A stretch of 20,000 bases of DNA, from assembly GCA_016618085.1 (NCBI GenBank), contig JABLTG010000117.1:44673-64672 (forward strand), given 5' to 3'. Source of the DNA: Neovahlkampfia damariscottae. Its lineage: Eukaryota. This document shows, in pieces, positions 1 to 9,944 of this stretch (the first letter of the stretch is position 1; every line of letters starts with the position of its first letter). The position numbers were made by a program, and so were the translations under genes. Below the pieces are notes generated by a model. The model searched no databases. It saw nothing but the letters and a program-made list of their open reading frames with translations, and was not told the DNA's origin.

Positions 1-3000
1 TTCTGTTTAGAATAATTGCAGTTGGGGCTAATCCAGTAATTAACGAAGGGGTTGCAAATACTAAATCAACAGTGTTGTTTGATAATTGAAATTGATAATC
101 TTTTTCTTTATACCACAATGACAATTTTTTTTTTCCTCCTACTGGTGTAGAAACTAAAGAATTGAAAATAAAACTGTCTCCATTGGTAGAAGATAAATTT
201 GTTGATGAACTAAAACCAGAAGAGTCTGATAGTTTAGTGATCATATATTTTGTCAAATTAGCAGGGATGAATGTTGAAATCAATATTTTTAAATTGGTTG
301 GACTCGATGTGTAGTAAAACTTCAATTGGTTTGAATCAGCAAAACTAATTTCATTTGTTGTCAAATAATGAAAGTTGGCATTTGATTTCTGATTTGTGAT
401 GTAGATTTTTTTATTTCCAGCATATTCAGGAGCAATGAAATATGATTGAAATTGGATTATTTTGGTAAAATGATCTTCATATGATACTGGACAAATTAAA
501 CTGGATTCATCTTTTTTTGATCCCACAGATGAATTCCCAAATTCACAAAAGAATTGGAGATTCGATATACCAAAACTCTTCATTGTTCTTTCTCCAAAAG
601 TTAAAGTGATGTTGACTTTATCACCAACAAGTGCTGCAAGAGGAAATACTGTTGATATTTCACTATTCTTGTATATCACAAGGCCTTGATTAAGTGAAAC
701 TAAATCATCAACAAAAGATCCTACGCTATACTTTAACTTAAATTTTGTCATGAATATATCATTTTGGGAATTCAATAACAATGATGTTTTCATACAATTC
801 AACGATTGATTTTGGACTAAACAACTAAATGATTGTCCATGCTCTGATATCAAATAAAACATATAGTCCACATATTTCTCTGGAATTTGGAAGGTAAATG
901 AGTCACCTTTGATGATTTCCAATGTTTCTTTTTTTGGAATAGTCGAAAATTCTGGTGATAGTTTCAAACTGACAGCTTGAATGATAGATTCTTCTGTTGA
1001 AATTACTGAATTCATTCCTTCAATTGAACTATTACCCAGAATTATTGATATTGTCACATTTTCTTCCATTTCACGAGTCAAAAATCCGCATTTGAAAATA
1101 TTCAATTCTTGAGAATCGCGTTCTATTGGTTTCATTTCATCAAAAATTTTGCAGTAGAATGAAAATCCATCGTTTAACTTCTTATCAAGAGTGAATGAAA
1201 TGTTTGCTAAAGAATTCTGGTGTGCTGAAACATCAACAATAAATGGTAGTTCTGAAACAAAGGAAATATTTTCTCTGAAATAATTTGAAGTAATGGCAAA
1301 CACTTCTTTTTCCATTCCATTGTTTCTTGATACTTCTAATTCATAATTGAGTTGCATTGGAGTATGACTCAATGAGATATTGTTTATTTGACAATTTGGA
1401 ATCAATTTGTCAAAATTACATGAAATATATCTTTCTGGATTTTCAGCAACATACTGTGGTTTTAATTTGACTTTATAATTATCAAAACTAACGAAATATC
1501 TGCCATTTGCCAATCCATTTTCAAAGTTCAATTCAAATTCTTGATTTAATGATTCTTGTGTGATAGTTTTAGGTATATTGAAATGAACAGGTTCTTTTAA
1601 AAAGACATATGTCATATTGTGTTCAGATAATATGAAATTTTGATATTGGTTATTTGAAACTTGCATAAACAACTCAATGATCACAAATTCAGCATTTTCT
1701 GTTAAATTTAAAATTTCAATGGAGCATGAAATAGTCGTAAGTGAGCCTTCTAACAATGTTGCATCTGAATATTTTGTTACTCCTTTATGATTGTATTTGC
1801 ATTTCAAACCATAATCAGTGAGGAAATTCTGTTTAATTTTAATGTTTAAAGTTGAATTTTTCTCTTCATTTTCAAAAGAAAATCTATCAATAAAAGGAGT
1901 TATACTTTCGAGATTGACAGAATCAACAAATACATAATCAACTGAATTACCACTTACTTGAATAGATTCTCCTGTTGTTAAATAAACAACATGAATTGAG
2001 ATTTGGATTCTTTTGCTTTCAGTTCCAACAATAGTGGAAGTGAACACTGAAGTTGAATTTGAAAGAGAGTAATTGGCATGTGCTTCTTTTCCATCATATT
2101 TCACGATAAACTTCACTTTTCCTTCATAATCAAAATAGTCATAATTGGTGGAAAGTGAAACTGTCGAATTGGATGCTAAACCAGCAAAAGGAACTATATT
2201 ATTGATAGTAAATGTTTCAACAAAACCAAGGTCCAATTGATTATTGTTTAAAATCAAAATAGTTTCATCTCCATCTAAAATATGTTTTGGAGTCGTTGAA
2301 TAGGAAACTCCAATTTGTCCTAAACTTTTAGCAATTGCTTGATCATTTCCAAAATAGATTTGATAATCTGAAATGGATCCATTTTGAATTTCTTGAATTT
2401 TGTATTGAATGACTGTATTTGAAGAATTACAATTTTCTACCAACCTTTCAATTTCACGTCCTCTGAAAGTAACAACCAAGTCATCACAATTCTCTTTCAT
2501 TATTCCTTCGGAAATATATTTTTGTGTATTCAAATATGTTTTCAATCCAAAAGAATCAATTAAAGGATTTGGAAAATAATAACTCATGTTTACTCGATGA
2601 TAAAATGTGTTTTGGAGATTTGCAACTTTATAGGAATTTCTCTTTCTGAATCTTAATCCAATTTTGTGAAATCCAGGAGTTATTGATGAAATTGAACATT
2701 TAAAAGCATTGGTTTCATTTTGCAGAACAGTTTTGACAAGGGTCCCGTTGAAAAAACAAGAAACTTGTGACACGTATTCTTTTGGAATATTCGAGTCAAG
2801 TAACTTGATGATAGGATTGAATTCAAGAACTGTGCTAGCTAATTGTTTACTTTCTACAGTGAAACCTATATCACTGAATTTAAAGAAATACAGAGGAATG
2901 CTATTGGATGATAACCTTATACGAGAACCTAATTCATTTCTGTACCAAAATGTCATGTTTTGATGAACTTGAGAGTCAAAAGTGCATTTAAAATCTTGTG

Positions 3001-4330
3001 ATGAAACATAATCTGCTGAGATTACTCTTCTATCACTTAATTCACATTCTAAAGAACTAGAAACTGTTGATGATATACTTTCCATAAATGAAAATTCAAT
3101 GGTCTTTGATCCATTCATTGAAGTAATTGAAGAAGAAGGAAATATAAAGTTTTGTTGAATCACTTGAAATTCAATCTTTTCTAATGAAATAATCATCTTG
3201 TATTTTTTGTACGTTGCATAAATATCAAATTTGAACTTAATTGAATGACCAGCACTAACAGAATTGCACTTCAAAGTTGTGGAATTAATTTTTGTTGCTG
3301 TAAAGTTGATATTTAAATTTGTGTCAACACAGAAATAATTGATGTCAATCAAATCTGTTTCCAATGTTGATTTGTTAAATGTGATGATAATATCTTCAAC
3401 TTGATTCAACAAAATAGCTTTTGGTGAAACAAATTGAATTACATTTTTTTCATAAAAAATTGAATTCAATTTACTAATTCTTGTGATCCCATCTTCAAAA
3501 TCCAGTTCAATTTCATTGATATTCTTTGACAGTGATATCACTTTCGACTTTTTACAATACTGAATTTTACCTCCAGAAAAATTGCAAGGAATATTTATTC
3601 CATTGAGGGTATTACTCAATGAATAATTATAATGATCATATCCATTGATCAAATTTCCTTCAAGGTCTGTAAATGAAATATGTTGATCCAAATTTGAAGT
3701 GATTTCTGAAATTGAAATCTTTGTGTTGATGAACCAGAAATGAAATGGTAAAGATGAAATTTTTTGTTGTTTTGATGATTCAAAAAGTGAAACTGATGTT
3801 TGTTTTTTGCCTTCTATATTTATCATGCAAGAAACAGCATTGAATTGATTTTGAATTGTAGTTGCTTCCACCCAATATTCATTTAATCCACTGGATATTC
3901 CACAATAGATTTTATCTCCTGTATTCTTTCTGTATCTCGAAATATTTTGATTTGAATAAATCTTCATTTCAAAAATACCTGACACATTTGCCTGAATCAA
4001 ATGAGGATCTGTTTGTAGAATTTTGGCATAAGGTAAATTGACAACATGAATTTCTGTTGAAATTCTTTCAACTAATGTTGAATTGTAGCGCCATGCAAAA
4101 CTCATAAATTGATCAATATCAGAATATAATCCATTTCTTGAGCATTGAACTGTATTTTGAGAAATATCAGAAGTTGTGAATTGAAATTGTGTTTTGTTAT
4201 TTGAAACTCTTGACTGACATCTTAATTTTCCACTTTCCAAGAAATTTTTGCATTCATTGTGCACGCTAGTTGTGTAATTCAAAGTCAACGAATTTTCATA
4301 TGGCAAAAGTGTGTAAGTTTGTTTATTTAA
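1..4330 (-). other. Array of degenerate beta-rich Ig/IPT(TIG)-like modules within the giant protein
   Basis: Recurrent modules with paired Cys, e.g. LQFFCEFGNSSVGSKKDESSLICPVS, LKCKYNHKGVTKYSDATLLEGSLTTISC and FYCKIFDEMKPIERDSQELNIFKC, plus many N-x-S/T sequons. Confidence 0.55.
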
Positions 4331-7300
4331 GTTCAATGGTCCACATACAATAGAATTGATATCTGAGCACCAAATAGTTTTCTGGTGATCATTTACTGAC
4401 AATTCAAATGAACTAGTGATCCAATTTGCGGGAAAGATCCCACACATACGATTTGAGTCTAATGTTACACTTTGAATTAATGGGAAAGATTCAGCAGGTA
4501 ACACATAATTGGAAGCTGAATTTTGGATTGAATTTTCGCTGAGATTTAAATTTTGCAATGAACTTGGTAGAAATGTGGAAAGTGGATGAATTGATTTGAC
4601 TTCATTTTTTGATAGATCAAGTGATTTCAAAGCAGAGAAGTTCTTCATTGAAGGAAGGTTTCCTGTAAATGATAAATTATTGAATTTTAAATCTGTAATC
4701 CTGTTCATTTCATCACAAGCAATGAAAATATTTCCATCATTCAACTCTCCATTACAATAGCAAGAAACACCTGACTTTGTGCAATTTCTGAGCTTATTTC
4801 TATTTAGAGTGCAATTTGTGTTACAAAGGGAATCAACAAAATCTTCAAGATCAGATTTTTGGCAATTTTCACCATAGTATCCTTTCTCACATTCACATTC
4901 ACCAGGAGCAGTACAATTACCATTTCCTGAACATACTTCAGAAGATCCAGAAGAAACTCCAAAACAAACATCATACTCACATTGACTACCAGTGAATTTG
5001 TCATCACATGTGCAATTATTTGGAGTCACACAAGTTCCACGAGCATTATTTGTGCAAGAATTTGTTTCATTTGATAAAATTCCATAACAATATGGATATT
5101 GACAATTATTTCCATCGTATTGAGATGTGCAAATGCAATTATCAGGTGAAGAACAAGTTCCATGACCAGAGCAAACAGATGTCGATGCACTAGAAATGCC
5201 ATTGCAAACATTGAACTCACAATCATTTCCTGCATAACCAGTATTACAGTTGCAGCTATCAGGTTGAACACATGAACCTCTTGAATTACAAACTGATGGT
5301 TTTGTTGCATTTTTTCCATTGCAAATCGCAAATTGACAATTGTTCCCAGTCCACCCAACAGAACATAGGCAATTATCAGGTGAAGAACAATTTCCATGGG
5401 AGGAACAAACAGTTTTATCCAAACTACTCTTTAAGAAACAAATCGGGGAACTGCAATCACTTCCTGACCATTTTGAAATACATTCACATTGATTTGCTCC
5501 AGTACATGTTCCTTTTGGATATGAGCAATTTTTGACATCATGGCAATTAAAAGTAGAACAATTTGTATTTTCCCAGCCAGGAAAACAAGAACAATTATTT
5601 GCTCCAACACATAATCCATTATCTGAGCAATCATTTACATCTTCACAAACCGTAAGATTGCAATATATTCCTGAGTAACCCGAGGTGACACAGGTACATT
5701 TATCTGGTGATTCACAAATACCTTTTCTATTTGAACAAACTTTAGGTTCATCAGCACTGATACCAAAGCAAATTGGTATTGAGCAGTTTGTTCCTGAATA
5801 TTGAGAATTACATTGGCATGTATTAGCCCCAACACACACTCCATTTCCAGAACAGTTGTTCATGTCAGTGCAAGTGAAAGTTTCACAATTATTTCCAATC
5901 CATCCAGCTTTACATTGACAAATATCTGGATCAGTACAATTACCATTTGAAGAACAAACATGTTGGTCATTTGAAGAAGTTCCATTACATAAATTAAATT
6001 CACAAACACTTCCAGTATATCCAATGTTGCAGTAGCATTGATCTTTTCCGACACATTTCCCTTTTGAACTGCATGTATTTGTATCATTAGATAGTCTTCC
6101 AAAACAATCAAAAACTTCACATTTTTCTCCAAAATATCTATTGTTGCAAACACATGTATTTAATGAAACACATGTTCCATTTCCAGAACAAACTTTTGAT
6201 GTATCTTCAGCACTAATTCCATGACAAACAGGTTCTTTACAATCAATTCCTGCATTATTAACACCACAAACACATACATCAACTGAATTACAAGTACCCT
6301 TTCCATTACAAACTCTTGAATTTGTAGCGAGAATTCCAAAACACTTCGGAATTTCACATGCACTTCCTCCATGATTCACAGAACAAGAACAAGTGTCTGG
6401 TGAAGTACATGTACCATTTTCTCCAGAACAAGCAGAAGGATCAACTAAATTGAAACATATTGGTATTTCACATTTAGATCCTGAATATTGAGGAGTACAA
6501 GAACAAGTATCAGGAGATATACAATTTCCATGAGAAGAACATACATTTGTTTCATTAGATGGAATACCAAAGCAAATATTATGTTCGCAATTGCTTCCAG
6601 TATATCCAGTGGTGCAGGAACAGGTGTTTGGATTTGAACAGGTTCCATTTAATCCTGAGCAAGCTATAGGTTCTTTTAATCCATAACATATTGGTGTGTG
6701 ACAATTTTCTCCTGTCCAACCATCATTACAAGCACATGTATCTGGACTGGTGCAAGTTCCATGAGAAGAGCAAACGTTTTGTGAAGTCGATGAAACTCCA
6801 AAACAGACAGGATTTTGACAAGAATTTCCGGTGTATCCATTGTTACATGAACAGGTATCTGGGGCCACACAAGCCCCATTTGATCCTGAACAAGCTGAAT
6901 TTCCGGAGGATCCAAAACATATCGGAGTTTCACAATTTGGTCCAGTATAATCAGATCTACAGATACAATTATCAGGAGCAGAACATGTTCCTCTTCCTGA
7001 ACATACATTTGTGTTTGTTGAAATCACTCCAAAGCACATAGGATATTGACATTCACTCCCGGAATAACCTGATTGGCAAGAACAGGTATTGTATGCAGTA
7101 CAGCTACCACGACTTGAGCAAACTGATGAATCTGTTGAAATTTTTCCATAACAGCTGGGATATTGACAATTGTTTCCAGAGTATCCGGTTTGACAAGAGC
7201 ATTGATTTGGACCAACACATGAACCGTGAGATGAGCAAACTGAAGCACTTTGCGAGTCAATACCGCTGCAAGTTGTTCTTTCACAATAATTACCAGAAGT

Positions 7301-8914
7301 TCCAGAAATACAAACGCATTTGTCCAAATATCCATTGACTGTTTTACAATCACCTCTATTGTTACAAACACCACCAAATCCAGTGAATGATATATCAGTG
7401 GCTCTTGAATAAGAAGAAGTATAACCATCACCCAATCCTACAACCCCACCATACATTGTAGCTGGAAAGTTATAGAGAAAAAGAGCGTATCCGTGCCAAG
7501 TATTTCCATCTGTTGAGTAGGAGCATTGAAAGATATCTCCAAGTCGAAGAATCTTGACCCAATAATTTCTATAATTTGCTGTATCTATTGTGTGAGGAAA
7601 CGTGTAAAGGGAATGAACAGCATTTGCAGATGATCTGTACCAAAATATAGGATTTCCTGAACGAGGAACCCCGCAATAGACACCTAATGGTCCAACACCT
7701 TCAATATTATCCAAATTTTCACGCAGACCAACTCCAAGAACACGTTGGTCGGATGCAATCCAACCCACCTTTGCTATGATGGTGGCAATTCCTGAGGTGT
7801 ATGTCAATTTTTTCCCCATAAAAACCATTTGATCTGTGGTTTTTCTGACCTTGTATCCTAGCTCAAGTCTATGACGAACAACAATAGTGGAAGTATATAT
7901 TGAATAGTTCGGTTTGTAACCATTAGTTTGATCAGCAACTGTAGGATCAGCAGAAAGGTATTTTATACGCCATGTATTATCACCACATTCATTATGTACC
8001 GCTTCATGATAATATAAAAAAGATCTAAAGCTTACGTTTGGTTTTACAACTTTTGGAATCATAAGAGTAGTATTGTGCAGAAGTACATCCAAATTCATTA
8101 AATCCATAAAACTTTATATTATCAACCCTAGCTCTATTGTTTTGAGCTGTGTTTGTATTTGGATCTAAACCAACAGCAAAAACTGCTTCATTCTAAAATA
8201 TTGTGAAAAAAATGTTTGCTTACACCCATAACCGAAGGGGCAAATGAACCCACTAAATTCCAATCTACTTCATCATCGGAAGTATAAGCATAAAGATTTA
8301 CACCTGCACGTCGAATTCTGAGTGTTAAAAAAAAAAAAAAATACTTCACAAATCCATGATAAACTCCGCTCAGCATTGGGTTCTTTACAAGTATTACAGA
8401 TGGTGCTGAGTTAATACTTGATCTTTTTATCACTTTTGTCTTCCTGTTTGAAGATCCATTTTCATAAATGTTCTTGACGGATAAAGCAAGATAAGTAAAT
8501 CTGTTGAAATCTCCTGCCTGAAAAAGTGTAAAAAAAAAAAGAATTTTTTACCCATAGAAAAACATGAATTTGATCTAAAACTGTTTGACGATTAAAATCA
8601 ACAATACGCATGGACATTTCACCATCACCGGATAATCTCTTAAAAAAGTTAGAAAAAAAAATAAAAACCCAATATTTGTAGTATATGGCTTCACTTCCAA
8701 CTGATGGTTCGTAACCAAAAACGGAATCTGGAGAACTGGTTTGTTTTGCTTGAATATCAAAAGGAGAAACATCCGGAAATGTTTCTGAGTCGGTTAAATC
8801 TGTGTTTATAACTCCTGGTGTGGATCCTGTTGCAGGGTGGCTTATTCCAGTAGAGCATATTTGCTGAAATAGAAAACAAAAAAGAACAACCAACAACCAA
8901 CTTTTCGTAAACAT
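1..8914 (-). CDS. Giant secreted/cell-surface protein, 3' end beyond the window: signal peptide + 2 ConA-like (DUF1349/beta-xylosidase C-terminal-like) domains + ~22 EGF-like repeats + LRRs + Ig/TIG-like repeats. Exons 8914-8669, 8638-8552, 8517-8345, 8317-8224, 8192-8036, 8001-<1 (~2919 aa in window)
   Basis: Manual splicing keeps the frame across five GT-AG introns. The N-terminus MFTKSWLLVVLFCFLFQQICS is signal-like. The frame from 8001 matches the stop-free translation at the window start (...VFATPSLITGLAPTAIILNR). The ORF track lists nothing in this frame, consistent with no stop inside the window. Confidence 0.92.
4440..4790 (-). other. Cys-capped leucine-rich repeat block (3-4 LRRs)
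   Basis: IACDEMNRITDLKFNNLSFTGNLPSMKNFSALKSLDLSKNEV...LQNLNLSENSI...IQSVTLDSNRMCGIFP contains LxxLxLxxN repeats with plant-like FTGxLP/CGxFP ends. Confidence 0.85.
4862..7370 (-). repeat. ~22 tandem EGF-like coding repeats (~34-40 aa, ~102-120 nt each)
   Basis: Consensus C[FYN]G-x7-VCSG[NH]G-x-C-x2-P[ND]-x-C-x-C-x2-GY-x-G-x2-C, e.g. CSGIDSQSASVCSSHGSCVGPNQCSCQTGYSGNNCQYP and CFGVSSGSSEVCSGNGNCTAPGECECEKGYYGENC. Confidence 0.95.
8002..8035 (-). other. Spliceosomal intron 5 (34 nt)
   Basis: GTAAGC...TGAAG. Removal joins into the long open frame. Confidence 0.85.
8193..8223 (-). other. Spliceosomal intron 4 (31 nt)
   Basis: GTAAGC...TTTTAG. Removal avoids a TGA stop and restores MGNEAVFAVGL. 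Confidence 0.9.
8318..8344 (-). other. Spliceosomal intron 3 (27 nt, in-frame, stop-free)
   Basis: GTA-poly(T)-TTAACACTCAG. Removal restores FVKIRRAG. Confidence 0.85.
8518..8551 (-). other. Spliceosomal intron 2 (34 nt)
   Basis: GTAAAAAATTC-poly(T)...TTTTTCAG. Removal links to the 8188..8433 ORF frame. Confidence 0.9.
8639..8668 (-). other. Spliceosomal intron 1 (30 nt, in-frame, stop-free)
   Basis: GTTTTTATTTTTTTTTCTAACTTTTTTAAG with a CTAAC branch-point. It would otherwise encode the low-complexity VFIFFSNFFK. Confidence 0.75.
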
Positions 8915-9220
8915 GACCAATCAGAATAATTGACCAATCAATTGATTCACTTGATTTAATAAAATCAAAAAAGTGTTGACATCATGTAATATTTTGCAAT
9001 ATTGATACAAAATAAATCATTATAGAGTGTTCAAATCATCCAATGAAACTTTGAATCAGTTTTTCAAAAAAAGCCAACTCGTTGACAAGTGAAGACTCAC
9101 AACTATCAGAAATTTTATATTTTCTTGCAGAAATGTCCATTTTTCATTTCCAAGTGTTATAATATCTGATTGGTAGAATCTTTCAATTATCCGATAAATA
9201 AACGTTGCAAGTTACTGGTG
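8915..9220. promoter_or_regulatory. Bidirectional promoter region with CCAAT boxes
   Basis: 306 bp between divergent ATGs. TGACCAATCA occurs twice (8914-8923, 8931-8940), with CCAAT at 9040-9044 and ATTGG at 9169-9173. Confidence 0.6.
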
Positions 9221-9938
9221 ATGGGTTTGTTATCAAAAGAAGAAATTGGATGGGATCTTGAACTTGATAAAATGATTGAAGTTGTAAAAAAAGAAGCAGA
9301 CAAAAATACATTTAAAGAACACAGCACATCTTTCGCTGGATGCAAAATCTACACAAAAAATGGAACTCCAACAAATCAATGGAAAGGTAAAAAATAAGAT
9401 AAAACTAAACAAAAACAAAGGTAAAATTAAATCTCATTTTTAACTTTTTTTCAAAGGTGTTTATACAGCAGAAGTTTCAGCAGAAAATATGGTTAAAGGA
9501 ATCACAACACCAATCATAAAATTGAGAAAAGAATGGGATTCAACATGTGTTGACTTGAAAGATTTAAAAGTTTTAGACAAAGAAACAGATTTTAAATTAT
9601 TATATTCAAAACACGCACCTGGTTCAATGATGTCATACAGAGACTATATAACAGTCAGAAAAACTGTCACCACCAAAAAGAGGATCTGTATTGCTTCAAA
9701 AAGTGTCACTCCGTCCGATAAACAATATCAAATTCATGACAAATCTTGTGTCAGAGGAGAGATTTACTTTTCTGCTTTTTGTATTGATATTTTGGATAGT
9801 AGTAAATGCAAAGTTACTTTTATTTCACATATGAATCTCAATGGTTGGATATCAAGTGGTGTTTACAATGCCTTAAGTTCAGATCAAGTTTCTGTTCCTG
9901 TAAAAGTTGAAGCGCAAATCAAAAAGCATAAAAAATAA
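9221..9938 (+). CDS. START (StAR-related lipid transfer) domain protein, 215 aa. Exons 9221-9386 and 9457-9938
   Basis: START motifs: RKEWDSTC, MSYRDYITVRK, IASKSV, CVRGEI, KVTFISHMNLNGWIS. Removing 9387-9456 joins ORFs 9170..9397 and 9489..9938 (QWK-G-VYTAEVS). Confidence 0.9.
9387..9456 (+). other. 70-nt intron made of two abutting GT-AG units (9387-9420, 34 nt; 9421-9456, 36 nt)
   Basis: GTAAAAAATAAG...CTAAAC...CAAAG|GTAAAATT...TTAAC...CAAAG. Retaining either half gives an in-frame TAA. Confidence 0.85.
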
Positions 9939-9944
9939 GTTCTT

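Larger units (their letters stand above)
7385..8700 (-). other. Two tandem concanavalin-A-like beta-sandwich domains (DUF1349/GH43 C-terminal-like)
   Basis: Domain 1: FVKIRRAGVNLYAYTSDDEVDWNLVG...MGNEAVFAVGL...ARVDNIKF. Domain 2: LGVGLRENLD...YWVKILRLGDIFQCSYSTDGNTWH...MYGGVVG. Both match the WLRLxRxGxxFxxYxSxDGxxW pattern. Confidence 0.7.

Noticed and set aside
2709..7431. Numerous 60-135 aa ORFs in the ORF track on both strands
   Set aside because: They are shadow frames of the giant EGF/LRR gene. Their periodic Met/Val/His patterns come from out-of-frame Cys codons.
9170..9220. TTG/GTG starts given by the ORF track (e.g. 9170, 8920, 12662, 19349)
   Set aside because: The context is eukaryotic. 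The ATGs at 9221, 8914, 12668 and 18993 fit better and lie downstream of CCAAT boxes or the TSD.
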